Assembly (NCBI GenBank): GCA_049515895.1 | Contig: JBEKTQ010000010.1 | Span: 32,001 to 96,000, forward strand | Origin: Candidatus Bathyarchaeia archaeon | GTDB lineage: Archaea > Thermoproteota > Bathyarchaeia > Bathyarchaeales > Bathycorpusculaceae | Direction of reading: 5' to 3' | Length of the DNA: 64,000 bases | Part shown: positions 49,399-58,986 of the stretch, piece after piece | How the letters are laid out: every line of letters starts with the position of its first letter | How positions within the stretch are numbered: position 1 is the first letter of the stretch | The notes under the pieces: model-generated | Databases searched by the model: none | What the model was told of the DNA's origin: nothing | What the model saw: only the letters and a program-made list of their open reading frames with translations | Made by a program: the position numbers and the translations under genes

Positions 49399-49608
49399 TT
49401 ATTCAGAAGGTCTTACAAGCAGCATGAACAGGCCAATCGCAATCAGGATTACGCTTAAAACCCCGAAAAACAGGCTGAACGCGCCAAGTTCGCTGGCGCT
49501 GGTGCTTGTAGCTGTCAAGTATAGTAGGACTCCGCCGATTACTATTACAATTAAGCCGAAGAATTTCTCGGCAAGCGATATCCAGAATGTGTCGCCTTGT
49601 TCACTCAT
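49399..49608 (-). CDS. Small 2-TM membrane protein
   Basis: Two hydrophobic helices, 69 aa. Confidence 0.65.
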   Translation of the reverse strand: MSEQGDTFWISLAEKFFGLIVIVIGGVLLYLTATSTSASELGAFSLFFGVLSVILIAIGLFMLLVRPSE

Positions 49609-49827
49609 TGTTTCGCCCCGTCTCTCTGTGTTATTGGCTACATTAAACAAGAGGGGTATTTTAAATTATTTGTTCTTTGTCGCGGTTCAGTCTCCTTTTG
49701 CATGTGACTCGACGAATGGAAATCTGCTTCACACCAGTTTCACTCTGAAATGAAAAACAATGGGGTAACCATAAAGGTGTGGAAGGAATGAATGTAAGAG
49801 GCTGCTGCCACGAAATAATGTAAGTGC

Positions 49828-50910
49828 TTAATTCTTTAGTTTTGTTGGCAAATACTCGTCAACAATGTAAGTTAAACCGTAACGGCTAAAAGCTTCTTGT
49901 TCCGCCTTTCTTTTTATTTTCAGGAACAATTTTATTTCTTTTTGCCAGATCGGGTCATTTTGATACCTTGGGTCTTTCTGCAGCTCATACAGTCGTTTTA
50001 TGTCTACATCATCCAGTGGGTCGGTCGGCAGTTTGTACTCGATTATGTCGCTTGCCCAAACCCCGCTCCACACAGCGTCGGGAGTGTTGAGATCTCTTAG
50101 GTGAGCTGCATTGGCTGAACCTGAAATTATGACTTGTGCAATGTGCATTCCCCACGGGTCTCCGTCGGTTAAAATGTAAACAGGAAGGTTCAGTTCATCG
50201 TGTAGGCGTCGGATGAAACTGCGGGTTTGCCTTGGCGCCTGTCCACCACATGAAATCAAAAGTGCCTTATGCTTGTTATGCACGTTTTCTTCAATGAACC
50301 TCGTGAACAGGGCGCCTTTCTCAATGGCGATGACTTTGTTGGCTTTTGTCTCCATCAACTCTGATGAAGTTAAGGCAGGACCAATCAATACGCCGTCGGG
50401 GTGGCTGGTTAAATTCAAGGTTTTGCCCTCGTAGCCTGGGACAGTGTAGCCTATTGTTAAGTCGCCGAAGATTGCGCTACGCTCTTCTGGGAAAATGTTG
50501 AAGTCTTCTCGTGCAAACCCCGTTAAGGTTTCTAGGTCGGTGATGATATTGTTGGATTCCTGCTGGTCCGTGAAGGTCATCTCGTAAGCCTGGGCTGAGT
50601 AGTAAACGTCTCTTAATGTGCTGGTTTTGCGTTGGGTTGTAAGTTCATTGCTGAACATGGCAGCCCACGCCAGTTGAGTAAACGGTTTAATGTGCCTTAT
50701 GTTTCGGGCGCTGCGGCTAACTGATTTATCGCCTAAAATATACTGTCGGACAACCGAGTCGTAGGCTATGTTATCCGTGGACCGGCTTGGCATGTCAATA
50801 GTTGGGAAAACACCCTGGTCGAGCTGATTATAAATTTGGGTGCCGAAACTTCGGAGTCCACCGATGACTTCGTTTCTTTTCTCAATAATTTTAGCTTTCT
50901 TCTGCGCCAT
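49828..50910 (-). CDS. top6A: DNA topoisomerase VI subunit A
   Basis: STLRDVYY, IAIEK, TDGDPWG, KAEQEA. Confidence 0.96.
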   Translation of the reverse strand: MAQKKAKIIEKRNEVIGGLRSFGTQIYNQLDQGVFPTIDMPSRSTDNIAYDSVVRQYILGDKSVSRSARNIRHIKPFTQLAWAAMFSNELTTQRKTSTLRDVYYSAQAYEMTFTDQQESNNIITDLETLTGFAREDFNIFPEERSAIFGDLTIGYTVPGYEGKTLNLTSHPDGVLIGPALTSSELMETKANKVIAIEKGALFTRFIEENVHNKHKALLISCGGQAPRQTRSFIRRLHDELNLPVYILTDGDPWGMHIAQVIISGSANAAHLRDLNTPDAVWSGVWASDIIEYKLPTDPLDDVDIKRLYELQKDPRYQNDPIWQKEIKLFLKIKRKAEQEAFSRYGLTYIVDEYLPTKLKN

Positions 50911-52516
50911 ACTTCTGTACACTCTTCAATAGTTTATCTATGTCGGGAACACGCTCTTGCCCAGCCAGCGTGGTTGAGAACTGGGCGATTTTAGGTAGGT
51001 ACTTGCTGAAGATTCCAAGCCGCTTCTTTTCCATGTGGACGTGCTCTTGACGTGACAGGAAATGCTGCAATTGGCGGGCAACTTCGCGGATCGCGTTTGC
51101 TTCTTCTCGGCGGACTTCGGGGCGGTCGGCGATGAATTCTTTTCCAACCGTCTTGTAGGGCACTTTTGTGCTGCAAATGTGCACGACGATAGCTATGGGC
51201 ATGTCCGGAGAGACTTTGTAGCGGCGCCAGTTCATGGCTGAGATTACGCGGTAAGAAACATCGCTGGCCTCATCATATAGCAACGGGATTTTGTTGGCAA
51301 AACGGTAAATCACAAAGCTGCCTCGCTTTGGTACTCCGCCGCCGTAGGCAATTGCCATTTCAACGATGAAGGGGTGACCTGCATAAGTGGATGGCTTGCG
51401 TTGGTTTACGACAAGGTACTCTGGGTTTAACTCTTTTTGTACGCCGGCTTTAAGCAGTTCCTCGCCTAAGGGTGAGAGGCAGCTGGCGTCTGGCGGCAGG
51501 AAATCCTTGTATTTCTTGAGGTTCTGCATCAAGCGAACAATTTCCTCATGGGACAGCCGTTTAGGGTTCTTAGTGCTTGATTGTGCGTCTTTCCCGCATT
51601 GGGGACAAACAGGCCGGTTGTCAACCAATTTTATCTGGTCACTTAGAATTTTACCGTGATTCGCACAGGTGAACGAGATCAAATCGCTGAAGATTAAGAA
51701 TTTAAGAGCCGTGACATCGCCGACACGGTGAAAGTGCCCGGTCAAGAAATCAGTCATGTTGTTGTAGGGGGTAATCTGTATGAGACGCTGTAGAAGCTCC
51801 ACGTCTACGCCGTAGGGGTGTGGCAGCGTTTCTTTAGGCGGTTCCGGCATGTCAGTGGTTGCGCGGGTAAACTTGTAGAGCCTGCCTTTTGGGTCGACAA
51901 ACGTCAGATTCGCATATGGGTTTACCATGGCTGTTTGTTTGAAGTAATCGAGGATTTTAGGCATGGCCCTGAGATAGTCGCCTTCAAGGGAGAACTCGAC
52001 TATTGTTCCGCGCCAGTTGTCCTTGTTGATTTGGACTTTGCGGTCAAGGATTATCGGGCGGTTCCTTTGAATATCGATCATTAATTTGAAACTGTAAATT
52101 TTTGCTTGACCCGTACATGAAACAACAAAGGCTGGTTGATGAGTAGTGATTTGCCCGTACAGTACAGCCATTTTTCCGCCCAGTCCGAAGGTTCCACGCG
52201 TCTGCTTCAGCTTATATTTGCTGCCGAAGAGCACCTGCCCAAAAGCGGACGGTATAAAGCGTGGCTGGATTCCGCTGCCGTTATCTTCTACACGCAGCTT
52301 GTAAATTTGAGTGTCTTTTGTGGCTTCCCCTTCAAAGGATAGGCGCACGTAGATGTTGGGTGGAATTTTTTGGCTTTCAGCGGCGTCTAAAGAGTTTTCG
52401 ACTAACTCACGGATTGCGGCGAATATGGCTCTAGATGGGTTTGTGAAGCCAGCGATGTCTCTGTTTCTGTAAAAAAAGTCACTGGCGGAAATCTCTTCGA
52501 AGGTTGCTTGAGCCAC
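50891..52516 (-). CDS. top6B: DNA topoisomerase VI subunit B with a Zn-ribbon insertion
   Basis: ELVENSLDA, VEDNGSG, GTFGLG, PHPYG, RFANKIPL, STKVPYKTVGKE. Confidence 0.96.
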   Translation of the reverse strand: MAQATFEEISASDFFYRNRDIAGFTNPSRAIFAAIRELVENSLDAAESQKIPPNIYVRLSFEGEATKDTQIYKLRVEDNGSGIQPRFIPSAFGQVLFGSKYKLKQTRGTFGLGGKMAVLYGQITTHQPAFVVSCTGQAKIYSFKLMIDIQRNRPIILDRKVQINKDNWRGTIVEFSLEGDYLRAMPKILDYFKQTAMVNPYANLTFVDPKGRLYKFTRATTDMPEPPKETLPHPYGVDVELLQRLIQITPYNNMTDFLTGHFHRVGDVTALKFLIFSDLISFTCANHGKILSDQIKLVDNRPVCPQCGKDAQSSTKNPKRLSHEEIVRLMQNLKKYKDFLPPDASCLSPLGEELLKAGVQKELNPEYLVVNQRKPSTYAGHPFIVEMAIAYGGGVPKRGSFVIYRFANKIPLLYDEASDVSYRVISAMNWRRYKVSPDMPIAIVVHICSTKVPYKTVGKEFIADRPEVRREEANAIREVARQLQHFLSRQEHVHMEKKRLGIFSKYLPKIAQFSTTLAGQERVPDIDKLLKSVQKYGAEES

Positions 52517-52747
52517 TTGCCGCTTACACCACTATTTCCCTGTTTTTCTCCCTTTCGAGTGCTTAGTATATTTGTTGCTTGTTTTTTAAGTTAACTGCAT
52601 CTTAAGAAGAAAACATTTGATTTTGGCAGAGAGCTTTTGCTGGAAAATGGTTATTTTTGCTTTAAACGTGTAAAATAAGCCTACTTTATGCGTAACGGCT
52701 ACAAGAAGAGCATAGCTTTGAAAATCGAAGAAATGCAGGAACATTGG

Positions 52748-54553
52748 CTACTTTTTAGGGGGCGTTTCTGGTTTGGTTGTTTTGGTGTAGTAGTATTCGC
52801 CTATGCCTTTTTGGAACTTGTCCATTTGGGAGTCTTCTTTGTTGACTCTTGGGCGCATGGTGACTGAGTCTCTCCGGAAGGTTATGTCCATTTCTTTAAG
52901 GAACGAGTTCATGCCTTTCCTGAGACTGGTGGGGGATTGAGCTATGCCGCTTACGCCTGGTTCGCCGTTGAAAACCATTAAGCGGTCTGCGATGAAGTCT
53001 TGGGTCACAACGTCATGTTCAACGACGAAGGCTGGAATGCCGTGCGCTTCGACAACCCGACGTAACGTCTTAGCCATGTTTAAGCGTTCTTCGACATCTA
53101 GGTAAGCGCTTGGCTCGTCAAGTAGAAACAGGTCAGCTTTGCGGCTGAGGCAAGCGGCGATGGCGACTTTTTGCAGTTCACCACCGCTAAGCTCCATCAC
53201 ATTTCGATCCATCAAAACCTGAAGTCTCAGTGGCTGGGCAACTTCGGTTTTGTACCAGCTTGACGTAAAGTTTTCTTTAGCAACACTCATGAGAAGTTCT
53301 TGAACTGTGCCGGCATAATCAGGTGCTATGTACTGGGGCTTGTAGCTTACAGTTAATTCGCCAAACTTCTGCTTGTCATCGCTTAACTCAACGCCAGCAA
53401 GAATCTTTACAAACGTGGTTTTTCCAATACCGTTGGGACCTAGAATGCCAACTATTTCACCGACTTTGATTTCGCCGGGTTCAACTGATAGTTTAAATTC
53501 GTTGAAGGACTTTTCCATGTGATCCCACTTTAAGATTGGTTCGCCTACATTTGTGCCCGCCGTCGGCGGCTTTTCGTGGAAAACGATTGCTTCCCTGCGG
53601 AACATTATGTTCTCGTCTGGGATGTAGCCTTGCAAGTAAATGTTTATGCCTGTTCGCACCCCATGAACGTGCGAAACCACCCCATAGACGCTTGGTTCGC
53701 CGTAGAAGAGGCAGATTTGATCGGACAGGTAATCGATTATGGCTAAGTCGTGTTCAGCTACAACTATGGTTTTCTGTAGTTCCTTGAGGCTGCGTATCGC
53801 CCTTGCCACGACAAGCCTCTGTTTCACGTCCAGGTAGCTTGACGGCTCATCAAAAAGGTAAACATCCGCGTCGCGGCTCAGCGCGGCTGCAACTGCTACA
53901 CGCTGAAGTTCCCCACCGCTAAGAACGTCTAAGGATCGATCCCACACTTTTTTTAGTTCAAGCTCTTCAGCGATTGCGTTTAACTGTTTTCTTTCATCGA
54001 CCTTTTCCAGCAAATCGCCGACTTTGCCAGCGATTGCCTTTGGGATTTTATCCACGTATTGTGGTTTGGTACTCACCTTGAGTTTTTTCTCGCTCATTTT
54101 TTGGAAGTAATCTTGAAGGCTTGAACCCCGATAATATTGAATTATCTCTGGCCAATCTGGCGGGTCATTGAACTTGCCAAAGTTCGGTATGATCTCGCCC
54201 GAGAAAACCTTAAGGGTCGTGGTTTTGCCGATACCGTTTTGTCCAAGTAAACCTAGCACTGTGCCGGGTGAAGGCATGGGCAAACGGAAAAGTTTGAAGC
54301 TGTTTTCGCTAAAGCGGTGGCTGCAATCTTTCTCCAGCTCGTCCGGCAAATTGACGATGCTGATGGCTTTGAACGGGCATTTCTTGACGCATATCCCGCA
54401 GCCGCTGCAAAGAGTTTCAGATATTACTGCTTTGTTTCCTTCAACTCTTATGGCTTCCACTCGGCTGCGAACCATCGGGCAGAAGCTAACGCAGGGTTGG
54501 TTGCACTTTTTGACTTTGCATTTGTCCTGGTTAAGAACAGCAATTCTAGTCAT
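52748..54553 (-). CDS. Ribosome recycling ATPase ABCE1/RLI
   Basis: N-terminal Fe-S Cys motifs (CSGCGICVKKCP) and two ABC domains (GQNGIGKT, GPNGIGKT, LSGGELQ). Confidence 0.97.
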   Translation of the reverse strand: MTRIAVLNQDKCKVKKCNQPCVSFCPMVRSRVEAIRVEGNKAVISETLCSGCGICVKKCPFKAISIVNLPDELEKDCSHRFSENSFKLFRLPMPSPGTVLGLLGQNGIGKTTTLKVFSGEIIPNFGKFNDPPDWPEIIQYYRGSSLQDYFQKMSEKKLKVSTKPQYVDKIPKAIAGKVGDLLEKVDERKQLNAIAEELELKKVWDRSLDVLSGGELQRVAVAAALSRDADVYLFDEPSSYLDVKQRLVVARAIRSLKELQKTIVVAEHDLAIIDYLSDQICLFYGEPSVYGVVSHVHGVRTGINIYLQGYIPDENIMFRREAIVFHEKPPTAGTNVGEPILKWDHMEKSFNEFKLSVEPGEIKVGEIVGILGPNGIGKTTFVKILAGVELSDDKQKFGELTVSYKPQYIAPDYAGTVQELLMSVAKENFTSSWYKTEVAQPLRLQVLMDRNVMELSGGELQKVAIAACLSRKADLFLLDEPSAYLDVEERLNMAKTLRRVVEAHGIPAFVVEHDVVTQDFIADRLMVFNGEPGVSGIAQSPTSLRKGMNSFLKEMDITFRRDSVTMRPRVNKEDSQMDKFQKGIGEYYYTKTTKPETPPKK

Positions 54554-54812
54554 AGACAAACTCCTACCTATCAAGATAACAACTAAGTTATAAATTTAAA
54601 AAATAAAAAATCAAATCTTACAAATGATTGTTCAGCTGTAAAATTCGAAAATGGTCTTTGTTTTCAGAGACAGCCAACCAGAACAAACAGTAGTTAAGAA
54701 AATAAGAAGACAAAGACTTTCATCGGTCCTCAAAAAATAACCTCAAAACCTAATGGGCAAAATCATTTCGACTTAAAAGAAAAATATATTGAAAATATCT
54801 TGGCGGGTTAGT

Positions 54813-54881
54813 CTACCATTCTTCTTCTTCCCACTCTTCATCTTCGCCTTCTTCCCATTCATCTTCCTCTTCGAATATCAT
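54813..54881 (-). CDS. 22-aa acidic Trp-repeat micropeptide MIFEEEDEWEEGEDEEWEEEEW
   Basis: GGAGGTGA SD 9 nt upstream, TTTAAA box near 54935-54940, T-rich tract downstream. Confidence 0.6.
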   Translation of the reverse strand: MIFEEEDEWEEGEDEEWEEEEW

Positions 54882-55121
54882 GTCGATTTTTCACCTCCAA
54901 ACAAGACGTATAGTCTACCCAGCCCTTGCGTCAGTTTAAACGTTTAGATTCGTCAACTGTCGTTAATCCCAAATGACAATTCAGTGCTAAAACATGTTTC
55001 ATGCACAGATTTTCCACATAATCTTCGAATGCCTATTGGTGATGGGTTATCTCAAATACCGATCTTTGACTTTTCGCTTAGCAACAAAATGAATAAATTT
55101 CTGCAGACCCACATTGATGGC

Positions 55122-55184
55122 GGGATGATGTGAGGCGACGGCTTCGAGCTTACGCTGTGAGAAATCGTCAAACATAGCTGACCC
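55122..55184 (+). ncRNA. Box C/D guide sRNA
   Basis: Terminal stem GGG/CCC; box C ATGATGT 55125-31; D' TCGA 55144-47; short AGC/GCT stem; C'-like GTGAGAA; box D CTGA 55178-81. Confidence 0.65.
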
Positions 55185-55337
55185 AAATTCTACAAAATTA
55201 TTTTATCCTCATCAGTTGGAGACCGGGTAGGATAGGCGCTGAATGTGAGTAAGACCTCCTAAGCTCGCGAAGCGTCAATTTTAAAAGGCTTAAGCAGTCT
55301 ATTTTGATTTGTAGTTTTAACCTAAAGCGGGATCGAT

Positions 55338-56363
55338 GTGAGTAACGAAAAAACTGGAAAAAGCGGTGCTTTCAAAAGCACAGACATGGGTGAACGGAGA
55401 ATAATTGACATCATCGCCAGCCACCTTGAAGCCATGCCCAACCTCCCAGTGCCGTTCGGAGATGACGTATCCGCCGTCAGCATAGACGAAAAACAGGTTG
55501 CTGTACTCAAAACTGACATGCTTGTAGGCAAAACCGACGTGCCCCCCAGCATGAGCCTGTGGCAAGCCTCACGCAAAGCGGTAGTAATGAACATCAGCGA
55601 CTTCGCCTCCAAAGGTGTCCAACCAGCGGCTGCGCTTGTATCGCTCGGGTTGCCCAAAGGATTAATACAAAAGGATATTGAAGAAATCGCACGTGGCTTA
55701 AATGCCGGAGCAAGGGAATACGGCGCTTACATTATCGGCGGAGACACCGGTGAAGCCTCAGACCTTATAATCTCTATCAGTCTTTTTGGCAAAGCTGAAA
55801 AATCGAGTCTAATGCTGCGCAGCGGGGCTAAGCCCGGCGATATGTTAGCGGTCACTGGGTTCTTCGGCAAATCAGCGGCTGGGCTACGTTTGCTGATGAA
55901 TAATTGTTCAGCGTCACATCATCTGCGTGATGTCTTGTTGGGTGCGGTTTGCATGCCAAAAGCCCGACTGAAAGAAGGATTAGCACTTGGCCGTTCAGGC
56001 GCAGCGTCAGCCTCTATCGATTCAAGCGATGGCTTAGCTTGGAGCCTGCATGAAATCGCCAAAATGAGCAACGTTGGCTTCGTGGTCAACACCGTTCCTG
56101 TCTCAGACGAAGTTAGACGGTTCGCTGAATTCAACCATTTCGACCCCCTTGAGCTGGCACTTTACGGCGGCGAAGAATATGAACTGGTCGTGACAATCAA
56201 ACCTAACAAGTGGGTTGAAGCCGAAGTCGCAGTTGAAGCCGTCGGCGGATGCCTCCTGCCAATTGGAAAAGCCACAAGGGACACGCAATTGCTCTTAGAC
56301 GTTGACGGCACGAAACGTTCTATTGAAGCTAGAGGTTGGGAACACTTCAAAAGCAAGATTTAG
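55338..56363 (+). CDS. thiL: Thiamine-monophosphate kinase
   Basis: GDD, KTDML, NISDFASKG, IIGGDT, RSGAKPGD, IDSSDGL, GGEEYEL. Confidence 0.93.
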   Translation: MSNEKTGKSGAFKSTDMGERRIIDIIASHLEAMPNLPVPFGDDVSAVSIDEKQVAVLKTDMLVGKTDVPPSMSLWQASRKAVVMNISDFASKGVQPAAALVSLGLPKGLIQKDIEEIARGLNAGAREYGAYIIGGDTGEASDLIISISLFGKAEKSSLMLRSGAKPGDMLAVTGFFGKSAAGLRLLMNNCSASHHLRDVLLGAVCMPKARLKEGLALGRSGAASASIDSSDGLAWSLHEIAKMSNVGFVVNTVPVSDEVRRFAEFNHFDPLELALYGGEEYELVVTIKPNKWVEAEVAVEAVGGCLLPIGKATRDTQLLLDVDGTKRSIEARGWEHFKSKI

Positions 56364-56919
56364 CTTTGTAATCCAGCAAGTAATTGATTATTGTTATGCA
56401 CGAAGCTGCCAAGTAAGGCTTTTTGCCCAAACTGATTTTTTCGCCAAACCTAAGCGCAAACCTCTCGACGTTTCTAGGCAACCCAACATGGTCACCAAGA
56501 ACATAAATAGCGTCATCAGTTAAATCCGCCTCAACAGCGTTTTTTCCGCCTTCCTCCAAAACGTAAACCTTATGGGCCTGGGCTTCGGACTTAAGCAGGG
56601 ATTCAAAACTTGTTTTGTCGGTGCTAATGCCCGGGTGTGGTTTGCCCGCGATAGTTTTTCTGAGGATTTGCTGCCATGTGTCCACGTCTGTGCGCACATC
56701 ATACAGTTTTTCCCCGTCGATTTTTATGTGCAGTGGAGGCTTCGGTGGACCATTCAATACGGCGTGGAAGGTCACATCCCTGCGGATGCCATGAGACAGG
56801 AAAAGGCTGGCAACTATGCATTCGTGTGCTATGTCTAAGCGTCCAGCGTCATGGAGGTTATGGAATGACGCGTCGGTTTCTCCTAAACGTGAGAAAAGGA
56901 TGAATTGTCTTGGCACCAC
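56347..56919 (-). CDS. trmY: tRNA (pseudouridine54-N1)-methyltransferase
   Basis: AGRLD, SLFLSHGIRRD, SPOUT motifs VLGDHVG and ISLG...Y.AASCI. Confidence 0.9.
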   Translation of the reverse strand: MVPRQFILFSRLGETDASFHNLHDAGRLDIAHECIVASLFLSHGIRRDVTFHAVLNGPPKPPLHIKIDGEKLYDVRTDVDTWQQILRKTIAGKPHPGISTDKTSFESLLKSEAQAHKVYVLEEGGKNAVEADLTDDAIYVLGDHVGLPRNVERFALRFGEKISLGKKPYLAASCITIINYLLDYKAKSCF

Positions 56920-57181
56920 AGTTCACATTTTAGTGCTATTCAAACTTGCTTTAAAAGCACTTCCCCACCCAGCAAGCTCAAGCTCCAAGATTGTTACATA
57001 ATCAAATGCAGGAAGACAATGTTATTCGTTCAAACTATCGGCAGGCACAATTCAAGGTTGAAGTGAGCCATTTTCAATGCTCTCATGGCAATTTTAAACA
57101 AGTTAGAGTGTGGTCTGCCTTTGCAATGAGTAACTTCAATGAGTAACTTGAAAACCTGCAAGCTTAAGCTGTGCAGCTTAT

Positions 57182-57586
57182 TTAGATTAGAACCCTCTTA
57201 ATTATTCCTGAATGATTCGCGCTTTTCTCCATGAATACGCTTATCTTGTTTTCCCCTATCTTTATGAGAAGCACTTTCAGGTTTTTGCCTTCCGCCAACG
57301 CACTTTCTATTTCAGAAACGTTTAGCAGTTTTGCAATTTCCAGGCTGGAATCGTGCAGTTGATAAGATAACAAGGCATATTTGCTTATTTTGTCACTTTC
57401 AGTCAAGTCCATAATGGCTGAAGTGTTGCCTCTCATGATGTAGCCTAATACTCCTTTCAGTTTTCGTATTTCTGCCAGACTCGCGCCTAAACTTGCGAAA
57501 GCGGGATCTTCGCCATCCGAAGTTGTTATGGCGGCAACGTTAGTTAATGTTGTTTCAGCTCGGGTTATGTCTGCGCTCTGGCTCAA
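57182..57586 (-). CDS. Roadblock/LC7-like protein
   Basis: LAEIRKLKGVLGYIMR...IESALAEGKNLKVLLIKIGENKISVFMEK; GGAGGAG SD and a TTGA start/stop overlap. Confidence 0.65.
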   Translation of the reverse strand: MSQSADITRAETTLTNVAAITTSDGEDPAFASLGASLAEIRKLKGVLGYIMRGNTSAIMDLTESDKISKYALLSYQLHDSSLEIAKLLNVSEIESALAEGKNLKVLLIKIGENKISVFMEKSANHSGIIKRVLI

Positions 57587-58431
57587 TTTTTCTCCTCCCA
57601 CGCCCCAGGGATAACAGGTTTAACCATCACAATCTTGCCTCTGCCTGTCCGCAAAATCTGCAGAATCCTCTCAGGAATCTGAATTATCCCTTTAGCTTTA
57701 CCGTCTGCCTCCGTCATGGATCTAAACTTGCAAATGACCGATTTGCCCTCTAAGGTTTCAACGTTTACCTCAGAAATTTCCCTCTTACCATAAAGGTCGC
57801 TCCACTTAGCAACGACGTCAGCATCAACCCGCACCATATCTGAAGCAACCAGCAACCCCCCGATTCTCTCTACAATAAACTGATTCACGGGCGGTTTCGG
57901 AAAAACCTGCTTGGAAGACTCGGCTGGCGCATCTGGACTCTGTTCTGCAGGCTTGGGTTCTTCAGACAGTTCTTCAGGTGGCTTTTCAGGCAGCTGGGCA
58001 GTCTCTTTGACCTCTTCAACTTCAGACTTCACTTCATCCGATGGCTCGTTGTCGGGGGCTGATGGAGTAACTTGATCTAGAAGCTTGATGACGGTTGGCA
58101 CGACAACGCAGTTTAAAGCTTTAACCATTTTTTCGTCTACCCCACGCGAAGAAACAGTTGCAATGTAGCGGCTGTTTGTAGATGTAATGTCAAGCTGGCT
58201 GCTTACGCCTTGTATAGTTAAGATCTCCATGCCCCCTACAACCTCCGCTTGGTTTGCTATCTCGTCGAAAGCGTCTGCCAGTTTTTTGGCTTGATCCTCG
58301 GCGATGCTGTCTCCATTGCTAGCTAAGATTTCGCCGTCTTTTTTGAAAATGAAGGCTTTGGTCAGTTCTGGGCTGATGTTTTTGAATTCGTCCAAAACTG
58401 TTTGCAATGGGGTTAAATCGGCTTCGGTCAC
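57583..58431 (-). CDS. Roadblock-like domain, acidic Pro-rich linker and double-psi beta-barrel-like C-terminal domain
   Basis: N: AFIFKKDGEILAS...LTIQG...YIATVS; C: VRVDADVV...GIIQIPERILQILRTGRGKIVMVKPV. Confidence 0.6.
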   Translation of the reverse strand: MTEADLTPLQTVLDEFKNISPELTKAFIFKKDGEILASNGDSIAEDQAKKLADAFDEIANQAEVVGGMEILTIQGVSSQLDITSTNSRYIATVSSRGVDEKMVKALNCVVVPTVIKLLDQVTPSAPDNEPSDEVKSEVEEVKETAQLPEKPPEELSEEPKPAEQSPDAPAESSKQVFPKPPVNQFIVERIGGLLVASDMVRVDADVVAKWSDLYGKREISEVNVETLEGKSVICKFRSMTEADGKAKGIIQIPERILQILRTGRGKIVMVKPVIPGAWEEKN

Positions 58432-58453
58432 TTTTTGCTGCCAACCTGTCCGG

Positions 58454-58879
58454 TTAAGTTATTTTGAAGAGAATTCTCTCTGGGATGCCCTCGTCTTGCA
58501 GCACTAGATACTTGAGACCCTCTGTGTCTCCGAGCTGGTCCAGCCATTTCAAGGCTTCACGAACCTTCTGTAAAACCAACAGTCGCTCCTGATAGCTACG
58601 CACTACAGCCTCTATGGCCGTTAACTCATGGAAGGCGTTCGCGTCCAAAACAATATTTAAGGACCCCACAGTAATTTCGCCTAGATTCTCCGTCGTCGCT
58701 TTTTTGCCCGCCAACTTCATCACGACTTCGCGGACTTTCTTTGACTTCTCAGCCAACGACCGAATCTCATCCAAACGACGCAGATACTCGCCCAACACGC
58801 TTTTGGTTTCAGACAATTCCTTGTCTAAAGCATCCGCTATTGCCTGTGCTGAATTATACTCCTGTATTTGAGTTACCAT
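58454..58879 (-). CDS. Conserved-looking helix-hairpin-helix coiled-coil protein
   Basis: GGAGGT SD; two heptad helices around a beta hairpin (EITVGSLNIVLD). Confidence 0.7.
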   Translation of the reverse strand: MVTQIQEYNSAQAIADALDKELSETKSVLGEYLRRLDEIRSLAEKSKKVREVVMKLAGKKATTENLGEITVGSLNIVLDANAFHELTAIEAVVRSYQERLLVLQKVREALKWLDQLGDTEGLKYLVLQDEGIPERILFKIT

Positions 58880-58986
58880 AGCATTTTACCTCCAAAAGAG
58901 AAAAACAAAAGAGAAAGAAAAGTGGTGATGCAATTTCACCTTACCCCCGAATTTCCAAACTAAAGATTGTGGAAAGCTAGGTTTGT

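Noticed and set aside
49684-49735. Possible minus-strand C/D sRNA (GGT-GTGAAGC...TCGA...CTGA-ACC)
   Set aside because: Boxes C and C' are too degenerate and no target is evident; at most worth a snoscan run
55210-55275. Second sRNA-like stretch containing CTGA
   Set aside because: No convincing box C or stable fold
57124-57149. 13-bp tandem duplication CAATGAGTAACTT x2
   Set aside because: Two copies with no spacer; likely replication slippage, not CRISPR
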